Notes under the pieces: generated by a model
What the model saw: only the letters and a program-made list of their open reading frames with translations
Told to the model about the DNA's origin: nothing
The model's database searches: none
Program-made: the position numbers and the translations under genes
Shown: positions 1-12,500 of the stretch, in pieces
Layout of the letters: every line of letters begins with the position of its first letter
Numbering within the stretch: the stretch's first letter is position 1
Assembly (NCBI GenBank): GCA_038087875.1
Contig: CM075978.1
Location: forward strand, 180,296,001 to 180,360,000
From: Malacoraja senta
Lineage: Eukaryota
Length of the DNA stretch: 64,000 nt
Direction of reading: 5' to 3'

Positions 1-43
1 CCCCAAGTGCGGTGACGAAATAAATTAATAAGCTCATAAATCA

Positions 44-150
44 AAGAAGCAGAATTAGACCATTCAGCCCATCGAGTCTTCACCGCCATTCTATCATGAC
101 TGATTAACCTTTCGCTCTCAACCGCATTCTCCTTCCTTCCCCCGGTAACT
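44..150 (-). mobile_element. CR1-type LINE 3' end fragment
   Basis: Reverse complement matches the 3' tail seen on + at 32190-32290 (gatcagccatga...gaatgg...ggcctaattc). Confidence 0.6.
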
Positions 151-486
151 TTTTTAAAAGGTTCATGTTAGGTTGTAAGTCCCTTGCGTCGAATGAGGAA
201 GATCTGCGATTCTCTTCTGAATGGTCAGTCAATCATTGGACCCAGGGAAGTCTGAGAGAGAATTGTACCCCGATAGAAACTGTTCACTTGGCAGTGGGGG
301 CGGACCCTCGCTCATACTAGCACTCCACCAACACTGAACCAAATTTGAAACCCACTTCACCGTCATGTGACATCCTATGTCATGGTCACAAGCGGAATAT
401 ATTTATTCACCAACAACTCTTTCTTGCAAGAATCTTTTAGGAAACTTCTCTCATTTGCAACAAGCGGCCAACAACTTTCTTGTAAT

Positions 487-541
487 ATGACAGTGAAAGC
501 ATCATTTCGGTACATGACCCTTCTGGTGACAGTTTGGCAAG
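487..541 (+). CDS. Leader exon MTVKASFRYMTLLVTVWQ (phase 1)
   Basis: 55-nt ATG-initiated, moderately hydrophobic exon ending G|gtactt, in frame with the V exon. Confidence 0.7.
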
Positions 542-3500
542 GTACTTTAAGATATATGTGCCGGTCCATCGTATGTAATTCTGTTTTAGAATACTCCATT
601 TAGTTACCCACTGCGAATTTAGTTACAGTGCTTCTCCAGCTCGCTTGTCGCTAATTCTAATTAACTTTTGTAATTTTCAACTCTTGATTCATTTTCCTTG
701 CCCAGTTTGTGCAATTGTTTTCAGTATTTTTCCTTAATTTCTGGCAGCCAACGAGGTAACTTCGACCAAAGTGGACCAATTCCCGAAAGACCTGACAGTC
801 CACAGAGGAGACAATGCGTCCATGTTCTGCACATTCTCAATACAACAAGTTACTCCTGATGTTTATTGGTGGAGATGGGGAGAGAAGACATTTATAGAAC
901 CAGAGAGCAGAAAAATAATTTCTACCAAAAAGGGCAGTGCGGATTTTGTTCTCCTGAATGCAAATGTAGCGGACTCCGGAGTTTATTATTGTAAAGTGAA
1001 ACATCAGCAGCAATCTATCGGAGATGGACCTGGCTCCAGGCTCACTGTAATTGGTAAGTGTCCCATGACGGAGAGAACTTAAGCTCTCTATAGTATAAAT
1101 TATGCTCTCTAATGTGAATAACATAACATTTTATCACTGGGTTAAAACTGGATGATTATTAATAACTATTTTTTGTTATGAAACCAAACCACTCCGCCGA
1201 CTAGAAATCTGAATTGTCTGGAAATAATTAGCTGATCGGGCAGCATGTGTGTGGCGAGGGAGGGTTGTTCTCGTTTCATGTTTCCAGAGGGCCTTTTCCT
1301 TTGTCCTTCTGAAGAGTCGCGCTGCTATCGCCCACGATTCAGTTTCACTCTTCGTCATTCCCATGGTGTTCAGTGACTACATTGTTTTTCAGGGAAGATG
1401 TTCAAGCCACTTGGATATTTAATCTGGACTGTAGGAAGAATGGCGGCTTTTTCCTCACGGGAGTAATTTTAACACATTGAGACTGGGTCGGCTCTTTTAA
1501 GTATAATGAAAAGTCACCATTCCAGGCCAACTGTGGCTACAACCTCACCAGAACAGTGTCCACCCACAGTCCACACACAATCTTATCCTTTTTGACGCCA
1601 CCGCTACAAATTGTCTACCCAGTATTTGTTATAACGAATTTTCCGAAATCTATTAGTTTTATCCAAGAAACAGGTGAATAGAGGGAGCTCTCATGATTTG
1701 GATATAATAAAGATAGACAAAAAATGCTGGAGTTACTCGGCGGGACAGGCAGCATCTCTGGAGAGAAGGAAAGAGTGACGATTCAGACTGAAGAAGGGTC
1801 TCGATCCAATTCTTCTTTCTAGAGATGCTGCCTGTCCCGCTGAGTTACATGTTTGTGTATTCGAGCATTTTTATTTAACCGTCAAATATCTGTAAAGCAC
1901 GAACAGAATGTAGAGGTCTTTTGAGGAAACACCCGTGCGCCTGTCCTTGCAAATCGTGGTTTCCATTTACACGACCCTCGGTTGAAATGCCTACAAGTAA
2001 AACGGCGCTGTCACTCAACTTCGCAACAAATATTTATTCCACATAAAATAATCTGTTTTTGTGCCATGGAGAAACTCTGAGTTTTAGCTGGTAGTGCACT
2101 CGCTGAGGTTGAGAATAAACACAGAACTCTCTTCCGAAGGCAATAATGATCCCTATTCAATAACTTGTTAGTACAAAAACGGAATGTAAGAAGATTTAAA
2201 AGTTAGATGTTCAACAGATTGCTTGTACTAGACTCCCAATACACCTTAGCAAGAGGCTGTCCTTCCAGCTAAACACTGACTGTAGATTTAACTGAGAAAG
2301 ATCAGTGTTCGTAAATGACAAATATGGAGTTCGGTTCAATAGAATCTTACTTAGATGGAATGCGTTCAATATATCGAGCAAATTTAGAAAGGGCCATAGA
2401 TATAGAAAAAATGTGTCGTGACATTGGAAGTCACTTTCACGTTCTATCACCTTTATTTGTTATTATGAACCAATTATCAGTATAACTCAATCATACCGTG
2501 TACAATCATACCATATATCGCGGCCTGGAAAAGGGTTTTCTTGTGAAAGTTACTTCATCTTAACTCCCAATCCCAGTCTCTGAACTATTATGGGGACAAA
2601 CCTCAGATCGCTAGATGTAGCCAAACCCTGCCCCAAGACCATATGCATTGGCGAGATGTGAATATATACAGGGCTGGATTCGTTAGGATTCGTTAGTCTG
2701 TGAGTAGTTTAACAATCTCCTCGCAAATTCGTGTTTTTTCTTCCGTTGCTACGCTAACTTACCCATTGCCAACTTTTCGCTGGTTGGTAGGGTAACCAGC
2801 TGTAAATTATCCCTTGATAATTGATTGTGGTGGGGGAAGAATGAGAACAGTTGATATGGATGCGACAGGAAAATGGGATTAAATAATAGGAGTTTAATCG
2901 TCAGCGTGAAGGCGACACCGGGCCTGTATCATTCTTTACAACAAACATGTTAAACACAGTCATTGCTGATGTAATTACTAAATATTGCTGCCAGCTTCTT
3001 CGGCGCGCTAAATCTGGCACTTCCATTCAGAACATTGGGACATTCTCCGCATATTACTTATATCGAACATCACATTCCTATGTATTCCTTGAATGTATTT
3101 TACTGTCCATGGTAAGACGGACTATAAATCGGTGACAAACCCATGAGTTTAAAAGTGAACGTACCGATAACCCATGTGGTCATGATACTGCAATGTCTTC
3201 ACAAGCTGTACGACAAAGTATTCATTGACATGGAAAGAAGACATACAACATAACTTTTTTTTTCTTCTGTTACAGCTCCGCCAACTCCCCTGAGCATTAG
3301 CCAAGTTAATGGCAGTTCGCCGCCAAAACTTGTGTGTCAAACGGCTGCCTTTTTTCCGAAGGAAGTCAAAATATCCTGGCAAAGAAATGGTGTAACAATT
3401 TTCACAGGGGGGAAACCTGTGACTACCAGTAGCGTGGAGGGGTTGTATGTGGCTTCCAGCTTTCTCGAAGTAACGAAGCCTACCTGGCGCGTTGATATTT

Positions 3501-6500
3501 ACACCTGCCTAGTGTCACATGTCTCCCTTGCGGTCCCGGTCAGAGTCGACTACACCGTCAAGCCAGGTAAGACTGGCAAACAGAACTGGGAACAGAGGGA
3601 GACCTCCGATCCGATTTAGAAATGACATCTGGCCGAATACTGCACGTGGAGTAGTCAATGTTAACCTATTTATTCACAGGAAAATATCGATGTGCAAGCA
3701 ACCTAATGCACCATTTAGCGCTATATTTTCTCAATTAGAACTGCGGCCACGCGCCAACTCTCGGACATCTCCTCCTACTTACCCCTGGACCATGACCCCA
3801 CTGACGAGCACCAGGCCACCATCTCCAGCACCATCACCGACTTCGTCCACTCCCACGCCCTGCCCGACCGAGCCTCCAACCTCATCATTCCCCAGCCCCG
3901 CACAGCCCGCTTTTACCTTCTCCCCAAAATCCACAAACCTGACTGTCCCGGTAGACCCATTGTCTCTGCCTGTTCGTGCCCCACCGAACTCATCTCCACC
4001 TACCTCGACTCCATCCTATCCCCCTTGGTTAATTCCCTCCCTACCTATGTTCAAGACACCTCAGACACTCTCCGTCGTCTCCGCGCATTCCACTCTCTAG
4101 GCCCTCACCCCCTCATCTTCACCATGGACGTCCAGTCATTGTACACCTCCATCCCCCACCAAGATGGTCTTGAAGCCCTCCGTTTTTCCCTCGACCGTAG
4201 AAGCAACCTGTACCCGGCCACTGACACCCTCCTCCGCCTAGCGGAGCTGGTCCTTACCCTCAATAACTTCTCATTTGACTCCTCCCATTTCCACCAAATA
4301 CAAGGCATAGCTATGGGCACACGCATGGGCCCCAGCTACGCCTGCCTCTTTGTCGGGTACGTAGAACAATCCTTGTTCAATGCGTACCAGGGCCCCATCC
4401 CCGACCTCTACCTCCGCTACATCGATGACTGTTTTGGTGCCACTTCCTGCACCCACACACAACTGACTGACTTCATCCGCTTCACCACCAACTTCCATCC
4501 GGCACACAAATACACCTGGACCATTTCCGACACTTCCCTACCATTCCTTGACCTCACTATCTCCATCGCAGGTGATAGACTTCTTACCGACATCCACTAC
4601 AAACCTACCGACTCCCATGGCTATCTGGACTACACTTCTTCCCACCCTGCTTCCTGTAAGGACTCCATCCCCCACTCCCAATTCCTCCGTCTATGCCGCA
4701 TCTGCTCCCAGGATGAGGCGATCCACACCAGGGCATCCGAAATGTCCTCATTTTTCAGGGAACGGGGGTTCCCCTCCTCCACCATAGATGAGGCTCGCAC
4801 CAGGGTCTCTGCCATACCCCGCAACACTGCTCTCTCCCCATCCCCCCACTCACAACAAGGGCAGAGTCCCCCTAGTCCTCACCTTTCACCCCACCAGCCA
4901 TCACATACAACAAGTGATCCTCCGTCAGTTTCGCCACCTCCAATGTGACCCCACCACTCGCCACATCTTCCCATCTCCCCCCATGTCTGCCTTCCGCAAA
5001 GACCGCTCCCTCCGTAACTCCCTTGTCAATTCTTCCCTTCCCTCCCGTACCACCCCCTCCCCGGGTACTTTCCCTTGCAACCACAAGAGATGCAACACTT
5101 GTCCTTTCACCTCCCCCCTCGACTCCATTCAAGGACCTAAGCAGTCGTTCCAGGTGCGACAGAGGTTCACCTGCATCTCCTCCAACCTCATCTATTGCAT
5201 CCGCTGCTCTAGATGCCAGCTGATCTACATCGGTGAGACCAAGCGGAGGCTTGGCGATCGTTTCGCCGAACACCTCCGGTCGGTCCGCAATAACCAACCT
5301 GACCTCCCGGTGGCTCAGCACTTCAATTCCCCCTCCCATTCCGTATCTGATCTCTCTGTCCTGGGTCTCGTCCATGGCCACAGCGAGCAACACCGCAAAT
5401 TGGAGGAAATGCACCTCATATTCCGCTTGGGCAGTCTACATCCTGGGTGCTTGAACATTGAATTCTCCCAATTCTGCCAGCCCTTGCTGTCCCCTCCCCT
5501 TCATCAGCCCTCTGGTTGTCTCCTCCCCTCCCCCAGCCCTCGGGCTCCTCCTCCGCCTGTTTCCCTTTCTTCTCCCCACCCCCTAGTCTGAAGAAGGGTT
5601 TCGGCCCGAAACGTTGCCTGTTTCCTTCGCTCCATAGATGCTGCTGCACCCGCTGAATTTCTCCAGCATTTTTGTGTACCTGAGATTAATTTATACGTTT
5701 AATATATATCGTGCGTGTGAAACAGCAAACTTTCAGGCACTTGACAGTGGAGTAGCAAGCAAACATTCAACTCTCGGCTACGAAGGGACATAATATGACG
5801 AATGGGAAAGGAGAATGCTCTGAACAAGGCATATTTTCTTTAAGACAGGAAGTCGGCTTTTAACGTTTAAGGCGAAATTTCACTTCCCAGAGATGCGTGA
5901 ATCTTTGTAATTCCGTACCTCGGAACATGGCAGATCCATAATGTTGTATTTCAGAGCTGAGATCAATAGAGTTTTTGAAAATGATGATCAAGGGCAACAG
6001 ATGCGTAGGAACGCGCCATCTCCTGCAGATTCCCTTCCGAGTCACATACCATCATGACTTGTAAATAAATCGTCCGTATCGTCGCTTGGATTTGATCCTG
6101 GAACTCCCTACCCAATAACACTGTGGAAGTATCTTCACTGAGAGGACGGCAGTGATTCACAAAGGCTGCTCACTGCCATATTGTGAAGGACAGGCATGAA
6201 TTGGGAATACTGTTTGTGCTGGCCTTGTGAGTTTTACCCAGATCATTTTTGTTTTAAAATCAAAAGGTATGAACAATGGGCAAGAAATGGATTATAATCG
6301 AGGAACGACCACAATCTTACGAAATGCCCGGAGAGGTCATCTGACCTTATCCTCTAGTCCTTATAAGTTTACCAACATGAAATGTCAATATATTCGTCCA
6401 GTTGTATTCAAATGTAATTACTCTCATCCGTTTACTGTCCATGATGCCTCCAACTACTCACACTATGCCCCTCCATGCCCTTCTGTCTTATAACCCCCCC

Positions 6501-9500
6501 CCCTTAAATGTTACTTTAATTCTACCATTTCTACCAAGTATCATGTCACCTCCATATGGACAGGAACGGTTTGAAGAGATATGTGCCAGGAGCAGGTAAG
6601 TAGGAGGCAAAGGAGATTGTTTTTTACATGTTTCCAGCATCTGCAAAGTTCTGGAGATACTTAGCATCCCAGGTAGCATCTGCGGAGGGTATCTGAAGAA
6701 GGGTCACTACTCGAAACGTCATTTCCCTCCAACAATGCAGGTAAGCCTGTTGAGTTCCTACGGCAGGCAGCTGGGACTAGCTCGGTTGGGCAACGTGCTC
6801 GGCGTGGATGAGTTTGGCGGAAGGACCCGTTTCCGTAATATGACTCTCCTAATTTCTCATAATCTGCGATTTGGAGGCAAATTTTGTTGGAAGGCCTTTC
6901 TGTAAAGTTTCTTGAAATATTTTAACACGTTAAAGGCTTGCAAATCCGAACGTAAAGGTAAGTTGCTTTTGTTACACCTTAAAAGCTGTAGAATCAGGTG
7001 CTTTATGCCAGTCCTAAAATATGGAATCTGCTAAGAGAAAAGCAAGACTCACTTTACACTTCATAAGTAACCTTCATGCACAAAGAGAAGCTCACTGGAT
7101 CATTATGTGACAAGATTTCGTGTTTACCATACATCTGTGTTGGAAGGAACTGCAAATGATGGTTTACACCGAAAATGGACATGAAATGCTGGCGTAACAG
7201 CGGGACAAGCAGCATCACTGAAGAGAAGGAATGGGTGACGTTTTGTGTCAAGACACTTCTTCAGACTGAGAGTCAGTGGAGAGGGAAACTAGAGATATGG
7301 AAGGGTACAAAGAGATGTCAGATCTGAAAATGACAGATCAAAGCAGACGATATATATATATATATTCGCTAAATTGCAATTAATGCAATGCGTTCCATTT
7401 GGTATATATTGGAATGCTTGTACACCAAGGATAAAAAGACACATTCGGAGTGCTCTGGCCTACTGACTCCCAATTTCCCACCAGTGTCTTAATTTATATG
7501 TTTTACAGTTGTAAATGTATTTGCTACAAAGAGATGTCAGATCTGAAAATGACAGATCAAAGCAGACGAGAGAGAGAGAGTATATCTATCTATCTATATA
7601 TCTATATATATATATATTCGCTAAATTGCAATTAATGCAATGCGTTCCATTTGGTATATATTGGAATGCTTGTACACCAAGGATAAAAAGACACATTCGG
7701 AGTGCTCTGGCCTCCTGACTCCCAATTTCCCACCAGTGTCTTAATTTATATGTTTTACAGTTTTAAATGTATCTGCTTCTCCTGCAGACTCTAATCTCGC
7801 ACTGATTCTCGGATGTGTAGTGGGCGCATTGGCAATTTTAATCCCGATTATAATTTTGACAGTACTCAGACTAAAGGCAACAAATGGTAAGACCGTTGTT
7901 TATTTTTGCCAATTGCTTTAATATCCTAATAGTATTTCAGAAAACAGGAACATAGAATTAATAAATGTCGAGTGCAGAAGAAGAAATATTGCAGGTCATT
8001 ATTAGGTATGAAATTCACATAACAAAAACATTATGACAGTTAACTGTTGAAATGTGCTGGAACATAATTTTTTTTTCAAAGTTCGAATTATTCGCTCATC
8101 GACTTCGTCTTTATTTCACAACCAAGAGGAATTGTTCGTGCATTGCATTTTATTCTTTAAAAATATTGAATCTTAAGCAATTTGATATGGATCTTGACTT
8201 TGTTTGTGAGCAACCTGCTCTAACTTGCCACACATTTAATTTTCATTGTAATTTTGGAATGTGACATAGCAGCTGTGACACAGCTGCTCCAACTTGCTAC
8301 ACATTTAATTTTCATTGTACTTTTGGAATGTGACACGCTATCACCATTTGATAATTTAATTCAAAGTCAAGTTCGATTACATATTATCGACTATGCGAAG
8401 TTAATACACTAACACAAGATTGCAAAAAACGGTATTGCTAAACGGTTTCAAATATAACGGCGCCATCAGGAGTTCTTACTTTAGCCAATACATTTGATTA
8501 GCTTCAAAGACACAATATTCATTTTGTTGTCACAAACGTTAATCGTCTTGTTTTCTTTAGATGTTAATAGAAATTCGATGGAATCAAGTCGAAGTGCAGA
8601 AACGGTAGGGTGCAATGTTCTTAGTATTGCAAATATTTTTTTTTCAAAAATGTTCTTTAGCAAAGATTTTAATTTCATCGAGTAAAATCTCGAATTATTG
8701 TGGCACAGTGGAAGCTGTCCTGTTTATATCAACCCTGCATTTTCGAGTAATTACCAATCCTTATTTTCAATTTCAAGAAATGCACTCCAAATCATTAACG
8801 TTAAGCAGCTGTCACAGTGTGAAGTTGAACAGTTGTGGTTATTCTGTAGGAATGTAAAAAAAAACGTATATGGTGAGAAAGTAGTAATTAGTACGCAGCT
8901 GGACAGTTGCACACAAAACAGAAATGTATCAAGCACTTAAGGGGCAGGCTATGTTGAAATATCATAATCATAATCATACTTTATTAGCCAAGTATGTTTT
9001 GCAACATATGAGGAATTTGATTTGCCACACAGTCATATCAATAAAAAGCAACAAGACACACAAAATACATCTACCACAGTGACTCCACCACATTCCTCAC
9101 TGTGATGGAAGGCAAAATATATATATTGCAAGGGAAGAGTACAAGTTTGTAAGATACATTGATGAGCCCTGGTTTCGAAGTTCATGTCAAGCTTTGTTCC
9201 TTGTACGAAAAGAACGTCTGTGTAACAGTGCATTGTTTCCAGTAACCTTGGATATACTTGCTATTGGAGCAAACACCCTCAGTCAGGCCTGGTTGTTAGT
9301 TGGTGTGGGAATTAGAAATACATATTAATCATGGGTTAGATGTAAGTCGTTGCTTGAAAACTATTCTGCATTCAGAGCTAAAGTGTTTATATTTAGAGCA
9401 AAACACAAAGTGCTGGAGGAGCTCAGCCGTCAGTCCAAATTAGTGGACGAAATGGACAGAGAACATTTGAGATCTGGACCCTTCTTCATATCGCCACTAC

Positions 9501-12500
9501 CACCTCCATAATTTTTCCTCCTCCTGGACACTCTGCCACCTTCTACCCTCTCTGGACCTTTTCACTTCCATCTGCCAGTGCAACATCAACCATCTTAACT
9601 TCTCCACTTCCCTTACCCATCCAATTTCACCCACTCTGAATGTGCAGCCTATGTTCACACAGTAACAATCACAATATTGTCATCAACCCCACTAACAAGG
9701 GAGGTACAGTTGTAGCCTAACAGGGTAATCTCTAATGTGGAGGAACAATAAGCCATCATCTTCCAGACTGTCACTCCTCTTATTACCTCCAGGAATCTCC
9801 CCTCCTCAACATCCAACCTTCCATCCATGTTCCCAAACTACATTGGCCATTTCCATCTCCTCCCGAAAATGCACAAGCAGGACTGCCCTGGCAGACAATG
9901 CTTCTGCCTGCTCCTTCTCCACTAAACTCATCTCCAAATACCTTGATTCTCCATTGTTCCCAATTGGCCAGTCCCTTCCGGCCTACATCAGAGACCCCTT
10001 ACACGCTCTTCAACACAACAATAACTTTCAGTTCCTGGATCCCTGTAATTACCTGACTCGCACTCAGGTAAAGGAGTAAGCATCTTTAATATTCATTCCA
10101 GTATCAGATATGCAGTACATTATACATTCAGTCTGCTGCAACTACTGAATACAGTAAGCGAGTTCTTACACCATAAAGCATGCACTAGGCGGAGTTATTA
10201 TTATTAAGCATTCTGATTAGCTAACATGCAATAGCCAATCTACATCTCTTCTCGTAGAAATGAAAAGCAACTAAGGCACTTTAAACAATAAGCTGAGGGA
10301 ATATAGTGAGGTTAAACAAAATCAGCGTATCTAGTGGGTGGCCTACTAACCCGCCCAGTTCTCGTGCAGTAAGGGGTTGCCTCATCACCCTTTCCCTCCG
10401 AACAGATGGGGACTGGGGTTGGTATTGCCGCAGGTGACCCGATGGGCCTGTGCGGAGAGACCGCCACGGGGGAACCGACGAGGGGAGCCTGGGGCACCGG
10501 TTACAACAGGATATGCAAGGGCAGACCAACGCGGGGAGTGTGTGGTCTTGGTCGCAACAGGTGATGGAACAGCTGCAACAGGCGTCGGTGTAAACACGAG
10601 CGGTGGGGCATCAGGACCCGCAGGCGCTGGACGAGGTTCCTTCACTGGAAGGAGGTTTTGACGGTTGCGTTTGTAGAGGACACCATCCACTTCGACCAGG
10701 TAGGAGCATGGTTCCTTTGAGGTGCCATGAATGTGCCCTAGTTTGGTATGTCCTTTGTCAGTTTGTAGGCGTATCACTTGCCCTTTAAACGCTACACGCA
10801 AAACCTCTTTTGCGTGTAGCGTTTAAACTGCACTCGCTTTTGTATAGCGGTGGGAGAGTGGACCTGCAGCTGCAGCTGTTGCTGGGAGACAGGCAGTGGT
10901 GGACGCGTCTGGCGAGACATTAGCCGCTGGGCGGGGGAGCCGAGAACGCTGTCCCTTGAAATGTTCCGCAGGTTGAGGAGATCCAGGTAGACATCAGATT
11001 TTGCTAGGTAGGAGCGTTCCATGAGTTGTTTAGCGCTCTGAACAGCACGCTTCGCAAGTCCATTGGACTGTGGGTATTCTGGGCTGCTGGTGACGTGTTG
11101 AAAGTTCCAACGTTTGGCAAAGTTCTTGAACTTTTGACTGGTGAATTGGCTTCCATTGTCAGTTTGAAGGTGGACAGGTACCCCATGCATGGACAGGTGG
11201 ATTGATAGTTTTTGGATCATTGTTTCGGAAGTAATCGTTGGGAGTAGGTCGATTTTGAACCAGCTTGAGTAGGAGTCAACCAAAACAAGGTAATGGTTTC
11301 CTATGCCATTCAAAGATGTCGGTGGCCAGTGAAGACCACGGGAGGGAGCCGGCTGAGGCAGGAGAGGCTGCTTCTGCTGATGTGGTGTCAGGCTGTTGCA
11401 GATGGCGCACGATTCGGTCTTTTCGCATATGTACCTTGTCATCCCGGGCCAGTAGATCATGTTCTGGGCCCGTTTTAGAGTGGTCTCCGTGCTGGGGTGG
11501 CCTCTGTGGATATTGTCATAGTACTCACTCCGTAGGGTGGAAAGGATGACTGCCTTATGGCCTTTGACGATTATTCCGTTCTGTAGCACCAGTTCGTCAC
11601 GAACCAGGAAGTAGGGTCATATTTCGAACGGGGTGCTTGACTGTTTATTAGGCCATCCATTCCTTATGAAGGTGGTTAGCAGTTGCGAAGTTTTGTCCGC
11701 AGCTGTGTGTTCGGCAAGGCAGTGTAGACGATCGGTGGGCACGAACGAGACCTTCAGGACTGAGAATTCGTCTTGTTCGATGGGGTGACGTTCGCTGGTA
11801 GTGCGCGGGGCTCTGGAAAGAGTGTTTGCGATGTGCATGTCTTTACCTTTTTTGTATACGATGCGGAAGTCGAAACGCTGTAGCTGCATCATCATGCGTT
11901 GTAGACAAGCCGGGGCAGCGTGGATGGGCTTGTTCAGGATGGTGACTAGTGACCAGTCTCAACAGTGAAAGTTTTGCCAAAAATGAAGTCCTTAAATTTT
12001 GAACAGGCAAAGACGACAGCGAGCAGTTCCTTTTCAATTTGGGCATAGCTGTTCAATGTCTGTTAGGGTTTGTGATGCATAGGAGACAGGCATCACAATA
12101 CCGTCGGTGGTTGTCTGTAGGCATGCAGCGCCCAGCCCGTACTGGGATGCATCGCAGGTGATGGTGATTGGCAGCTTGAGGTTGAAATATGCCAGTGTTG
12201 GTGCGCTGGCTAGCTGGAGCTTGAGCGTCTCGAAGGCTCTTTGGTGTTGTGGGTACCAGGACCAAGCAGTGTCCTTGTGAGTCAGTTGTCGCAGGGGGGC
12301 AGAAAGTTCGCTGAGGTTGGGAATAAATTTGCCCAGGTAGTTCACCATACCGAGGAACCGTTGCAAACTGGTGACGTCGGTTGGAACTGGCAGTTCGTTA
12401 ATGGCTGCAGTCTTTAACGGATCAGGTTTTAATCCATTGCTGGTGACCACATGACCGACGTAAGTAACTTCCGGAACCCGGAATCTGCACTTGAGAGGGT

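Noticed and set aside
3519-5649. Many overlapping ORFs (for example 3519-4100 +, 4872-5414 -, 4945-5223 +)
   Set aside because: Alternative-frame or antisense shadows of the C-rich Penelope coding sequence.
8698-8940. ORF as the receptor's terminal cytoplasmic exon
   Set aside because: The acceptor at about 8777 needs phase 2 for this frame, while the upstream exon ends in phase 0. The 20278 exon fits the phase and carries signalling motifs.
9075-9104. Opposed RSS-like heptamers CACAGTG...CACTGTG inside the receptor gene
   Set aside because: No nonamer at 12- or 23-bp spacing, not adjacent to V or J coding ends, and located within a LINE-derived 3' fragment.
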